Positions 1 to 9,014 of a stretch of 64,000 bases of DNA are shown here, piece by piece. The stretch comes from an uncultured Lachnospiraceae bacterium. Lineage in GTDB: Bacteria; Bacillota; Clostridia; Lachnospirales; Lachnospiraceae. The notes under the pieces are model-generated. The model made no database searches. It saw only the letters and a program-made list of their open reading frames with translations, and was not told the origin of the DNA. A program made the translations under genes and the position numbers. The stretch is from contig CADBRN010000016.1 in NCBI GenBank assembly GCA_902797025.1, positions 723-64,722 on the forward strand, written 5' to 3'. Within the stretch, counting starts at the first letter, position 1. Each line of letters opens with the position of its first letter.

Positions 1-792
1 CCACTCACCGTCCGGAACGTTCTTTCCGGTCTTCGGATCGATGATTTCCAGATAAATGTAATCGTCCCAGTAATGCATGCCGCACTCGTAATCGCAGCTG
101 ATGCCGATACCCGGACCGTAGATCTCGGTCAGTCCGTAGATATCATAAATCTGAATATCCAGTTCATTCTTGATGCGCCGGCGCATCTTCTCGCCCCATC
201 GTTCGGAACCGATGACGCCCTTTTTCAGATAAATCTGATCCGCGCAGTCTTCCCTGCGGATCTCCTCGGCGAGCAGCAGCGCGTAGGACGACGTCGCACA
301 GAGCACCGTACTCTTCATATCGTGCATGAACTGCAGCTGTTTCTTCGTGTTGCCGGGTCCCATCGGGATCACCATCGCGCCGAGTTTCTCCGCGCCGGCC
401 TGAAAGCCGATCCCGGCGGTCCAGAGCCCGTATCCCGGTGTGATCTGAATCCGGTCTTTTTTTGTGATGCCGGCCGTCTCGTAGCAGCGCCGGAACATTT
501 CCGCCCAGTCTCCGACATCCTTCGCGGTGTACGGGATGATGACCGGAGTGCCCGTCGTGCCGCTCGAGGAATGGATGCGCACGATTTCCTCCTCAGGGAC
601 GGCCATCAGCCCCAGCGGGTAAGCATCCCGGAGATCCTGCTTCTGTGAAAACGGAAGACGCAGAAAATCATCGATGGACTTCACCTCGCCGATGCCGGCT
701 TCTTCCAGTCTTCTCCCGTAAAAATTGTCCGATTTGATCAGCCGCTTCACCTGGCGGTCGACCTGCTGCAGCTGCGTTTCATTGATTTGCAC
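1..792 (-). CDS. paaK: Phenylacetate-CoA ligase-like adenylate-forming enzyme; the C-terminal end is cut off by the window edge
   Basis: Absent from the ORF track because it runs off the window and starts with GTG (790-792). GGAGGAAA lies 6 nt upstream of that start. My minus-strand translation reads VQINETQLQQVDRQVKRLIKSDNFYGRRLEEAGIGEVKSIDDFLRLPFSQKQDLRDAYPLGLMAVPEEEIVRIHSSSGTTGTPVIIPYTAKDVGDWAEMF, and YIYLEIIDPKTGKNVPDGEW at the window edge. It contains the SSGTTG adenylation motif and sits downstream of iorAB as in known operons. The + ORF 73..648 is its antisense shadow. Confidence 0.8.
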   Translation of the reverse strand, partial: MQINETQLQQVDRQVKRLIKSDNFYGRRLEEAGIGEVKSIDDFLRLPFSQKQDLRDAYPLGLMAVPEEEIVRIHSSSGTTGTPVIIPYTAKDVGDWAEMFRRCYETAGITKKDRIQITPGYGLWTAGIGFQAGAEKLGAMVIPMGPGNTKKQLQFMHDMKSTVLCATSSYALLLAEEIRREDCADQIYLKKGVIGSERWGEKMRRRIKNELDIQIYDIYGLTEIYGPGIGISCDYECGMHYWDDYIYLEIIDPKTGKNVPDGEW

Positions 793-833
793 TGATTTCC
801 TCCAAAAGATACCGATCTTTTTCCGTCCGATTG

Positions 834-1409
834 TCAGCGGTTCTGCATATAATGAAGTGCGCGCGTATTTACTTCCCAGAGCTTTTCCGGGAGGCGTTCG
901 CGCATCGCCGCCTCAACATCGGAAGGTTCAACGCCTACCGCGCCTGTTTCCAGCGCCGCGCCGAGCAGAACCATGTTTAAAACCTTCGGATTGCCGATCT
1001 CGAAAAGTGCCTGATCCGCGTCCACGAGGATCAGACGATTCACGTGGGATTTCAGATACGAAACCATCGCATCGGAATCGTATGCGGAAAGTCCGATCAT
1101 CGCGCTCACCGGCTGAACCGGCCGGATATTCGTGACCACCGCTCCTCCCTTTTTCAGAAACGGAAGCTGGCGTACCGTCTCACCCGGTTCAAATCCGACG
1201 ATCAGATCCGCCTCTCCCTTTCCGATCAGCGGCGAGTTTGCTTCGCCGATTTTCATATGAGAAAAGACGCTTCCGCCTCTCTGGGCCATGCCGATCGTCT
1301 CCGCCGTCATGACCTGCTTCTTCTCTTTCATCGCCGCTGCGGCGGTCAGTCTGGAAGCAAGGACGGTTCCCTGTCCTCCTACGCCGCAAAATATAATATT
1401 CTTACTCAT
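834..1409 (-). CDS. iorB: Indolepyruvate:ferredoxin oxidoreductase, beta subunit
   Basis: The N-terminus MSKNIIFCGVGGQGTVLASRL is typical of the IorB / 2-oxoacid:Fd oxidoreductase gamma-type fold. I trimmed the start from the track ORF to the ATG at 1409, which overlaps the iorA stop (ATGAGTAA). Confidence 0.85.
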   Translation of the reverse strand: MSKNIIFCGVGGQGTVLASRLTAAAAMKEKKQVMTAETIGMAQRGGSVFSHMKIGEANSPLIGKGEADLIVGFEPGETVRQLPFLKKGGAVVTNIRPVQPVSAMIGLSAYDSDAMVSYLKSHVNRLILVDADQALFEIGNPKVLNMVLLGAALETGAVGVEPSDVEAAMRERLPEKLWEVNTRALHYMQNR

Positions 1410-3246
1410 TTCTGCCACCTCCCGCGATCGCGCCGACCGGACAGATCTGCTCACAGAGCGTGCATCCGGTGCACTGAGACGGATCGATGAACGCCTTGTC
1501 TCCGTCGAGCACAAGCGCCGGACAGCCGAGCTCGCGGATGCACTTTTTGCATCCGATGCATTTGTCCGGATCCACCTTTGATTTCCCGCTCTTCGGCTTA
1601 AAACGCACGATACACGGGGATTTGAAGATAATCGCCTTCACGCCCGGCTCATCCGCGATGCGGCGGATTTCCGGAATACAGGTCTTCAAATCCAGCGGAT
1701 CCATCGTCTCAACCGTCGTAAGTCCGATTCCCCGGAGAACCTCATCGATACGGACCGCCTCGACAACATCGCCCATGAGCGTGCGGCCGGTTCCCGGGTG
1801 CGGCTGATGACCGGTCATCGCGGTCGTGGAATTGTCGAGAATGACGAGCGTCATGCTGTCCTGATTATAAAAGGCATTGATCACGCCTGTGATTCCGGAT
1901 GCGAAAAAGGTGGAATCTCCGACGAAGGCGAAGGCTTTCACCTCCGGGTCGACCCGGACGACTCCCTGCGCCATATTGATTCCGGCGCCCATGCAGAGAC
2001 ACGTATCCGTCATATCCAGCGGCGCCGCGTTGCCGAGGGTATAGCAGCCGATATCTCCGGCAAAAAGCGTCTTCTTCACGCCTTCCATCGCCATTTTTAC
2101 CGCGTAAAACGATGCGCGGTGCGGGCATCCCGCACAAAGAACCGGCGGGCGGACCGGCAGCTTCGGACATACATCGCTCTCATGCTCCGGTGATCCGGCA
2201 ACTCCCGCGGACTCCGCGGTTCCGAGAAACGACGCGATGCTCTCCCGTACGGAATCCACGCTGTTCTCACCCGAAGGCTTCACGTCGCCCGTCATCTTCC
2301 CGCGGATCTTCACCGGCAGATGATATTTTCCGCACACAAACGTAAGCGCGCGCTCGATCACCGGATCGAGTTCCTCGACGCAGAGCACCTCGTCAAGTCC
2401 CTCGAGAAATTCGAGCGCCTTCTGCTCCGGAAACGGAAACGGCGTCGCCACGCGGAAAATCTTCGGATGATCCGCGCCCATCGCGTCCATCGCATAGGAA
2501 AAATTGATGCCCTGGGTAGCGATGCCGCGGCGGCAGTCCGCATAGTTTCCCGCCCCCGCCAGAATCTCATTCCGGCGGTACCCGGAAAAGACAAGACTCA
2601 GCTCCTGATTTCTCTTTTCGATCAGGGCGTGGTTTTTCACGGAAAGACGCGGGAAAATCACCCAGCGCGACGAATCCTTCACAAATCCTTCCGGATCGTT
2701 CTTTTTATACTCTCCGGGATCCTTCACATCGATCGACTCATATCCGTGATCGATGCGGGTCGTCGGGCGGAAAAAGACGGGAGTCCCGTACCGCTCGGAA
2801 AATTCAAAGGCCTCCTGGATCATCTCATATGCCTCGTGCACGGACGACGGATCGAAGACCGGAACCTTCGAAAACATCCCGAACGTTCTTGTGTCCTGTT
2901 CCGTCTGTGACGAGATCGGACCGGGATCATCCGCGACGACGACGACCATCCCGCCCTTCACGCCGATATATTCAAGACTCATCAGCGGATCCGCGGCGAC
3001 ATTCAGCCCGACCTGTTTCATCGTGACAAGTGTCCTTGCACCGGAAATCGCCGCTCCCGCCGCCACCTCCATGCCGGCCTTCTCGTTGACCGACCACTCA
3101 ACCTTCACATCTCCGGGATTGCGCTTCGCAACCGTCTCCAGAATCTCCGTAGAGGGCGTCCCCGGATAACCGGCGGCGACATTCACGCCGGCCGCAAGTG
3201 CTCCGAGCGCGATGGCCTCATTTCCCATCAAAAACTCCCTGTGCAT
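1402..3246 (-). CDS. iorA: Indolepyruvate:ferredoxin oxidoreductase, alpha subunit (TPP-binding, two 4Fe-4S motifs)
   Basis: MHREFLMGNEAIALGALAAGV with a GYPGTPSTE-type pyrimidine-binding N-terminus. A GDSTFFASG TPP motif is present. The C-terminus carries CIGCKKC...CP and CTGCTLCEQICP ferredoxin motifs. The start at 3246 follows GGAGGAGAAGATAAA. Confidence 0.9.
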   Translation of the reverse strand: MHREFLMGNEAIALGALAAGVNVAAGYPGTPSTEILETVAKRNPGDVKVEWSVNEKAGMEVAAGAAISGARTLVTMKQVGLNVAADPLMSLEYIGVKGGMVVVVADDPGPISSQTEQDTRTFGMFSKVPVFDPSSVHEAYEMIQEAFEFSERYGTPVFFRPTTRIDHGYESIDVKDPGEYKKNDPEGFVKDSSRWVIFPRLSVKNHALIEKRNQELSLVFSGYRRNEILAGAGNYADCRRGIATQGINFSYAMDAMGADHPKIFRVATPFPFPEQKALEFLEGLDEVLCVEELDPVIERALTFVCGKYHLPVKIRGKMTGDVKPSGENSVDSVRESIASFLGTAESAGVAGSPEHESDVCPKLPVRPPVLCAGCPHRASFYAVKMAMEGVKKTLFAGDIGCYTLGNAAPLDMTDTCLCMGAGINMAQGVVRVDPEVKAFAFVGDSTFFASGITGVINAFYNQDSMTLVILDNSTTAMTGHQPHPGTGRTLMGDVVEAVRIDEVLRGIGLTTVETMDPLDLKTCIPEIRRIADEPGVKAIIFKSPCIVRFKPKSGKSKVDPDKCIGCKKCIRELGCPALVLDGDKAFIDPSQCTGCTLCEQICPVGAIAGGGRNE

Positions 3247-3465
3247 TTTATCTTCTCCTCCGATGCGGATCCCCCGCGCTTCGTAATTAAACAAATATTG
3301 CCTCTATAGTAACAAAGTTCCGAAAGAGAATCAACGGCAGCCCGCTTTTCGCAAGATCCTTTGTTGTATTTTACTGCTCACAGTGCTATACTTTCGCTAA
3401 CTGAAGTCACTTTACAGGGCACTTTACAGGTGCCGGGGACAGCAATTCATCTTTGGGAGGATATC

Positions 3466-4920
3466 ATGCGACCTTCAAACCTTACCCTGCTCACGGATCT
3501 CTATGAACTGACGATGATGCAGGGTTATTTTAAAAACCCGACGGATCAGATCGTCGTTTTCGACGCTTTTTACCGCACGAACCCGTACGACGGCGGTTAT
3601 GCGATCTGCTGCGGACTTGAACAGGTCATCGAATACATCCGCGAACTCCACTTTTCGCCGGACGATATCGATTATCTGCGCAGTCTGAATATCTTCGATG
3701 ACGACTTTCTTGAGTATCTCCGCGGATTTCATTTCACCGGCGACATCTACGCGATTCCCGAGGGGACGGTTGTATTCCCGCGCGAGCCGCTTCTGAAGGT
3801 TGTCGCTCCTGTCATGGAAGCACAGCTGATGGAGCCCGCGATTCTGAATATCCTGAACCACGAATCCCTGATCGCCACAAAGGCGAGCCGCGTCTGCAAA
3901 GCCGCCAGAGGCGACGGTGTCATGGAATTCGGCCTGCGCCGCGCCCAGGGACCGGATGCCGGAACGTACGGCGCACGCGCGGCGGTCATCGGCGGGTGCA
4001 TCGGCACCTCCAACGTACTGACCGGCCAGATGTTCCATGTTCCGGTCAAGGGAACACACGCGCACAGCTGGATCATGAGTTTCCCGGATGAACTGACCGC
4101 CTTCCGCGCATATGCGAAACTGTACCCGGACGCATGTATTCTCCTGGTGGATACTTACGACGTGTTGGAATCCGGCGTTCCGAACGCGATCAAAGTCTTT
4201 CAGGAAATGAAGGCCGCCGGATGCGCGATGAAGGGATACGGAATCCGCATTGATTCCGGAGATCTCGCCTATCTCTCCAAAAAGGCCTATGAGATGCTGG
4301 ACGCAGCGGGATTCGGCGATGCGGTCATCTCCGCCTCCAGTGATCTCGATGAACGTCTGATCAACAGCCTGAAGGAGCAGGGCGCGAAAATCAACTCCTG
4401 GGGCGTCGGCACGAAGCTGATCACGTCCTATGACTGGGCGGCCTTCGGCGGCGTCTACAAACTTGCCGCGATCAAGAACAGCGAGGATGAGGAATTCGTC
4501 CCGAAAATCAAGCTTTCCGAGAACACAGACAAGGTCACAAATCCGGGCAACAAGAAAATTTACCGGATCTACAACAGGGGCGACCGGAAGATCCGCGGCG
4601 ACCTGATCTGTCTGGAGGATGAGACATTCACCGAGGATCAGGATCTGACGATCTTTGATCCGGCCGAGACATGGAAAAAGACGACGTTCAAGGCCGGAAC
4701 GTTTGAACTCCGGGAACTGCTTGTCCCGGTTTTCCAGAACGGCCTGTGTGTGTACGAATCTCCGACGACGATGGAGATCCGCGACATCTGCAAAAAAGAA
4801 CTCGACACGCTGTGGGAGGAATCCAAGCGGTTCGTCAACCCCCACGCCGTCTACGTCGATCTGTCCGACAGGCTCTTCCAGATGAAAGCCGAGCTGTTTG
4901 AGGAAATGTCGCGCAAATAA
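3466..4920 (+). CDS. pncB: Nicotinate phosphoribosyltransferase
   Basis: MRPSNLTLLTDLYELTMMQGYF is the classic NAPRTase N-terminus, and it is followed by GTHAHSWIM and IRIDSGDLAYLS. The ATG at 3466 is preceded by GGGAGG. Confidence 0.9.
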   Translation: MRPSNLTLLTDLYELTMMQGYFKNPTDQIVVFDAFYRTNPYDGGYAICCGLEQVIEYIRELHFSPDDIDYLRSLNIFDDDFLEYLRGFHFTGDIYAIPEGTVVFPREPLLKVVAPVMEAQLMEPAILNILNHESLIATKASRVCKAARGDGVMEFGLRRAQGPDAGTYGARAAVIGGCIGTSNVLTGQMFHVPVKGTHAHSWIMSFPDELTAFRAYAKLYPDACILLVDTYDVLESGVPNAIKVFQEMKAAGCAMKGYGIRIDSGDLAYLSKKAYEMLDAAGFGDAVISASSDLDERLINSLKEQGAKINSWGVGTKLITSYDWAAFGGVYKLAAIKNSEDEEFVPKIKLSENTDKVTNPGNKKIYRIYNRGDRKIRGDLICLEDETFTEDQDLTIFDPAETWKKTTFKAGTFELRELLVPVFQNGLCVYESPTTMEIRDICKKELDTLWEESKRFVNPHAVYVDLSDRLFQMKAELFEEMSRK

Positions 4921-4941
4921 CCAAAAACGCAGGGACAGAAT

Positions 4942-4973
4942 CAGCCCCCGCCGGAAACTTCCGGCGGGGGCTG
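4942..4973. terminator. GC-rich hairpin between the convergent pncB and metY-like genes
   Basis: CAGCCCCCGCCGGAA-ac-TTCCGGCGGGGGCTG forms a perfect 15-bp stem. The flanking U-tracts are weak on both strands. Confidence 0.65.
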
Positions 4974-5005
4974 TCTATTGATACGCATTTCGTTCTGCGC
5001 CGGGC

Positions 5006-6280
5006 TCAGATGGACGCCAGCGCCTGTTCGAGATCTTCGATGAGGTCGTCCGCATTCTCCAGTCCGACGGAGAGACGGACGAGATCCGGAGCGACGCCGC
5101 CGGCGACGAGTTCCTCATCCGTCAGCTGACGGTGCGTCGAGGACGCAGGATGCAGGACGCAGGTATGTGCGTCCGCCACGTGGGTCGCGATGATGGCAAG
5201 TCTCAGATGCTTCATAAACGTCTCGGCCGCGGACCGTCCGCCCTTCACACCGAAAGAGATGACGCCGCACGTGCCCTCCGGCATATACTTTTTTGCGCGC
5301 TCATAGTATTTATTTCCAGGAAGTCCCGGATAATTGACCCAGCTGACATTTTCATTCTTTTCAAGATACTGTGCGATCTTCATCGCGTTCTCACAGTGCC
5401 GCTGCATACGGACGGCGAGTGACTCCAGACCGAGGTTCAGCATATACGCGTTCATCGGCGACTGAACCGCGCCGAGGTCGCGCATCAGCTGCGCGACGCA
5501 CTTTGTGATATACGCGCCGCCCTGTCCGAACTGATCTGCGTAGGTGATGCCATGGTACGATTCGTCCGGCGTCGTAAGTCCCGGAAATTTATCCGCGTGC
5601 GCCTTCCAGTCAAAGTTTCCGGAGTCAACGATGACGCCGCCGACCGTCGCATCATGTCCGTCCATATATTTTGTCGTCGAATGGGTCACGATATCCGCGC
5701 CCCATTCAAACGGACGGCAGTTGATCGGCGTCGCAAACGTATTATCCACAATCAGCGGAACTCCGTGCGCGTGGGCCGCCTTCGCGAACCGTTCGATATC
5801 GAACACGATCAGCGCCGGGTTTGCAATCGTCTCCCCGAAGACCGCTTTCGTATTCGGCCGGAACGCCGCTTCCAGCTCCTCATCGCTGCAGTCCGGATCG
5901 ACAAATGTGAACTCGATTCCCATGCGGCGCATCGTCACATGGAACAGATTGTACGTGCCGCCGTAGATCGTCGAAGACGCGACGACATGATCGCCCGCCC
6001 CGGCGATGTTAAAGACGGAATAAAAGCTCGCGGCCTGACCGGATCCGGTCAGCATCGCGGCTGTGCCGCCTTCCAGCGCCGCGATCTTCGCAGCGACGAA
6101 GTCGGTCGTGGGATTCTGCAGGCGGGAATAGAAATACCCGCTCGCCTGCAGATCGAACAGCTTCCCCATATCCTCGCTCGTGTCATATTTAAACGTCGTG
6201 CTCTGAATGATCGGGATCATCCTCGGCTCTCCGTTTTTCGGCGTATACCCAGACTCAATACATTTCGTTTCTTCTCTCAA
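5006..6280 (-). CDS. O-acetylhomoserine/O-acetylserine sulfhydrylase family PLP enzyme (Cys/Met metabolism)
   Basis: 424 aa with YSRLQNPT, a TGSGQAA region and a HSTTKYMDGH PLP-lysine region. The TTG start at 6280 has GGAG 8 nt upstream. Confidence 0.8.
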   Translation of the reverse strand: MREETKCIESGYTPKNGEPRMIPIIQSTTFKYDTSEDMGKLFDLQASGYFYSRLQNPTTDFVAAKIAALEGGTAAMLTGSGQAASFYSVFNIAGAGDHVVASSTIYGGTYNLFHVTMRRMGIEFTFVDPDCSDEELEAAFRPNTKAVFGETIANPALIVFDIERFAKAAHAHGVPLIVDNTFATPINCRPFEWGADIVTHSTTKYMDGHDATVGGVIVDSGNFDWKAHADKFPGLTTPDESYHGITYADQFGQGGAYITKCVAQLMRDLGAVQSPMNAYMLNLGLESLAVRMQRHCENAMKIAQYLEKNENVSWVNYPGLPGNKYYERAKKYMPEGTCGVISFGVKGGRSAAETFMKHLRLAIIATHVADAHTCVLHPASSTHRQLTDEELVAGGVAPDLVRLSVGLENADDLIEDLEQALASI

Positions 6281-6379
6281 TTTGTCCGCTCCTTTCCCGG
6301 TATTACCATCCCCATGTTCCTTTTATCGTATCACAATCCGGCTCAGAACGTCATCCGCGCCGGATGGTTTTTCTGTAAA

Positions 6380-7570
6380 TCATTCCGTTTCCGGATGATG
6401 CACGATCCCCCGCAGAATTTTTTTGACAGTCTGGCGGAAATAATAGCCCCGCAGTGCGGACCGCACCGTCCTGTCGAATCCGCGCGTTTTGATCTTCTCA
6501 AAAATCCCGCTGCGCTCATTCGGGCGGTTCTGCGGCCGGGTGAAGGCAAGATTTGCCCGCCTTGCGTCCGCCGCGTCCGCCGGATGGATTTCCAGTGAAC
6601 CCGCCGCTTTTCGCAGTAGTTCCTCTCCACGCTTTGTGTTGACCGAGACGATCGAAAGGCCAAGCTCCGCCTGCCGCTTCGTCAGTTCCGCGGGATCCGC
6701 GCCCCAGTAATCTCCGAGCGTCAGATCCGCGACACGGCCCGATCCGGCGTAGGGGCAGGAATAACAGGACTCACGAAGGATCAGATTCGAATTGAACGCG
6801 CAGAAAAACGAATCGAGAGCCTGATCCTGCAGCAACGCCGTACCGTCCTCAAATGAGAGGCGCATTCTCGTGCCTCCGCCCTGCTTCCATTGCGCCCCCG
6901 GTCCGTCACCTTTTTTCACGCGGAAGCGGAAATGCCGGATCGTTTTCCCGTACCGCTTCTCCTGATCCTCCAGGTAGGCTCCGACCGCGAGGCTGCTCGT
7001 CACACCGTGACAGAGTACATCCGCCGTATAGAGAAATCTGCTCCGATGCAGTTCTCCGAGATAATGGCAGAGCGCGTCGATCTGGCAGGCGGTCCCCGTA
7101 AAAAGCACCGTTCTCCCCGCCATCAGCAGTTTCCTCACATCGCGGTAGATGCCCCGGGTATCGCTCTGATAATATTTGCTCCGCATCAATTCCGGAAGGT
7201 TTTCTCCCTCCCGCACGATTTTGTGATACACGACGCACTTCTCATCGTCCTGCGCCGCTCCGCAGACAACGCCGTCCTCCTTGAGAATCACGCCGGCAAG
7301 CGCGGCAAACACGCCTCCGGAGGAACTCCTCCGGAGTACCCGGCTGTCCGTATTTTCCGCTGTGACATAGCGGATCACATGCTTCTCCGGCTTCCCGTTC
7401 ACGGGACAGACTCTCGTGCACGCCCCGCAGCTGACGCATTCGGATTCATCGACAGCAGGGCGCAGAAATCCCTCTCCGTCTTTGCTCATGGTGATGCAAT
7501 GCTTCGGACAGACCGCGGCACACGCACCGCATCCGGTGCATTGATCATATGGGCAGATCATCTCTGTCAC
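6380..7570 (-). CDS. FrhB/FdhB-like (coenzyme F420 hydrogenase beta-type) iron-sulfur protein of polysaccharide loci
   Basis: The N-terminus has two ferredoxin motifs, CTGCGACAAVCP and CVSCGACTRVCP, followed by an FrhB-like body. The GTG start has GGAGAGGAG upstream. It is the last gene of the polysaccharide operon. Confidence 0.7.
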   Translation of the reverse strand: MTEMICPYDQCTGCGACAAVCPKHCITMSKDGEGFLRPAVDESECVSCGACTRVCPVNGKPEKHVIRYVTAENTDSRVLRRSSSGGVFAALAGVILKEDGVVCGAAQDDEKCVVYHKIVREGENLPELMRSKYYQSDTRGIYRDVRKLLMAGRTVLFTGTACQIDALCHYLGELHRSRFLYTADVLCHGVTSSLAVGAYLEDQEKRYGKTIRHFRFRVKKGDGPGAQWKQGGGTRMRLSFEDGTALLQDQALDSFFCAFNSNLILRESCYSCPYAGSGRVADLTLGDYWGADPAELTKRQAELGLSIVSVNTKRGEELLRKAAGSLEIHPADAADARRANLAFTRPQNRPNERSGIFEKIKTRGFDRTVRSALRGYYFRQTVKKILRGIVHHPETE

Positions 7571-7592
7571 ATTTGCTCCTCTCCGATTCCTT

Positions 7593-9014
7593 TCATGCCT
7601 TCGCGCGGCGGTCTTTCAGGAACCTCACCGCCGCCTTGATCAGGTTCCGGTTCAGCAGAAGTGCAGCCGCTGATGTGAGTGCGAACAGCATCCACGTCAC
7701 AGCCATGCCGCAGAAGCAGACGGCGGCGCTGATTGCCGCGCAGCTTCCGATCAGCAGAAAAAACTGCTTCCAGTCAACCGTGATCGTAAAATATTTCCGT
7801 GTCTGGATCATCCGGACGATCCAGACTGCAAGGTATCCGAAAAACGTCGAATAGCACGCGGCCCAGATGCCGAAGCTTTTTATGAAAAACAAATTGACCA
7901 GCACATTGACCGCTGCCCCGAGAAACGTCGTGTACATCGCGCTTTTCGTATCCTTGCTGCTGATGTACCCGGTGCCGTAAAACGCCGAGAAGGAGGAAAA
8001 CAGTGCGCCGAGATATAATACGCCTGTATAGCGGTAGCCAAGGACGTAGCTCTCACTCATAAAAAGAGAGATGAACAGCTTCGAGAAGGGTACGAGCACG
8101 AGCACGAGACATCCTGCCAGACGGACGTAGACGTTGAACACGCGGGTATAAAACTGATCCCGCGTATCACTGTCGTATTCGATGACCGCCTGTTCCTGCC
8201 ACGCCTGATAAAAAATCGTGTGAATCGTCGACACGATCGTCGGAAATTTGCAGGCGATTGAGTATATCCCGGTATAACTGCTTCCGATCATCGCCGTCAG
8301 CATAAGACGGTCGGACGCATTCATAATCCACCAGCTGATGTTGTTCGGAACGAGCATGATCGAATAGCGCATCATTTCCCGCCCGAGCCTTCTGTCAAAC
8401 GACAGGTTCGAAGGCCGGAACAAATTCCGCAGCGAAACGAGAAGATACAGCGCGCCGGCCAGATATGCCAGCGCAAGCGACATCAGCATTCCGCCGATTT
8501 TATAATGCAGACCCACGATAAAGATCAGATTGCAGGAGAGCATCGTGGCCGTGTACAGAACGCCTGAAACCGCAAATGCACGGTTCTTCTTCGCTCCCCG
8601 CGCCGTGTACTGGAGTGCCGTGTACATGGTCGATGCGGTCAGCAAAAAAAGAAACATTCCGCCCCACTGCCACCCGGAAAGGGCAAACACCACCGCAAGA
8701 ACCGCATCGGAGAGAATGATCAGGGCCAGATAGATCCCGTACCCGGTTCCCACAACCGCACCGTCCCGCTCATCCGATTTCAGAAGCCAGCGGAGCAGTC
8801 CCTCATTGATCGCAAGGATGCAGAGCGGCATGATCAGCCCCTCCACCGAAACGATCGTATCGTACGTTCCGTACTGCGAGGTCGTCAGATACCAGGAGTA
8901 AAGCGGAACGATCAGAAACGTGAGTACCTTCGAGCCGAAATTGCTCACCATATAAATGACTGTATTTTTTGCCAGTCGTTTTCCCCGGCTGTTCTCAGAC
9001 ATTGTTCGCGACAC
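7593..9014 (-). CDS. Wzx-like oligosaccharide flippase (MOP superfamily polysaccharide biosynthesis protein)
   Basis: 473 aa and highly hydrophobic, with about 12-14 predicted helices. The N-terminus KRLAKNTVIYMVSNFGSKVLTFLIVPLYSWYL is typical of Wzx/RfbX. The start is either GTG at 9014 or ATG at 9002. Confidence 0.75.
   Translation of the reverse strand: MSRTMSENSRGKRLAKNTVIYMVSNFGSKVLTFLIVPLYSWYLTTSQYGTYDTIVSVEGLIMPLCILAINEGLLRWLLKSDERDGAVVGTGYGIYLALIILSDAVLAVVFALSGWQWGGMFLFLLTASTMYTALQYTARGAKKNRAFAVSGVLYTATMLSCNLIFIVGLHYKIGGMLMSLALAYLAGALYLLVSLRNLFRPSNLSFDRRLGREMMRYSIMLVPNNISWWIMNASDRLMLTAMIGSSYTGIYSIACKFPTIVSTIHTIFYQAWQEQAVIEYDSDTRDQFYTRVFNVYVRLAGCLVLVLVPFSKLFISLFMSESYVLGYRYTGVLYLGALFSSFSAFYGTGYISSKDTKSAMYTTFLGAAVNVLVNLFFIKSFGIWAACYSTFFGYLAVWIVRMIQTRKYFTITVDWKQFFLLIGSCAAISAAVCFCGMAVTWMLFALTSAAALLLNRNLIKAAVRFLKDRRAKA

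Noticed and set aside
3475-4845. Very long ORFs antisense to real genes: 3475-4845 versus pncB, 5552-6598 versus the metY-like gene, 14072-15115 versus dinB, 17629-18933 versus gltD, 19140-20900 versus gltB, 28201-29445 versus purF, 29932-31182 versus asnB, 73-648 versus paaK.
   Set aside because: Their translations are Arg/Pro/His-rich and low-complexity, with no recognisable motifs. Each lies opposite a gene with unambiguous family signatures. Stop-poor antisense frames are expected in GC-rich coding DNA.
6281-6379. SAM riboswitch or Met T-box upstream of the metY-like gene.
   Set aside because: Only 99 nt are available and no S-box core or T-box specifier/T-box sequence is visible. The only structure is a short CATCCG-gcg-CGGATG hairpin after the upstream stop codon.
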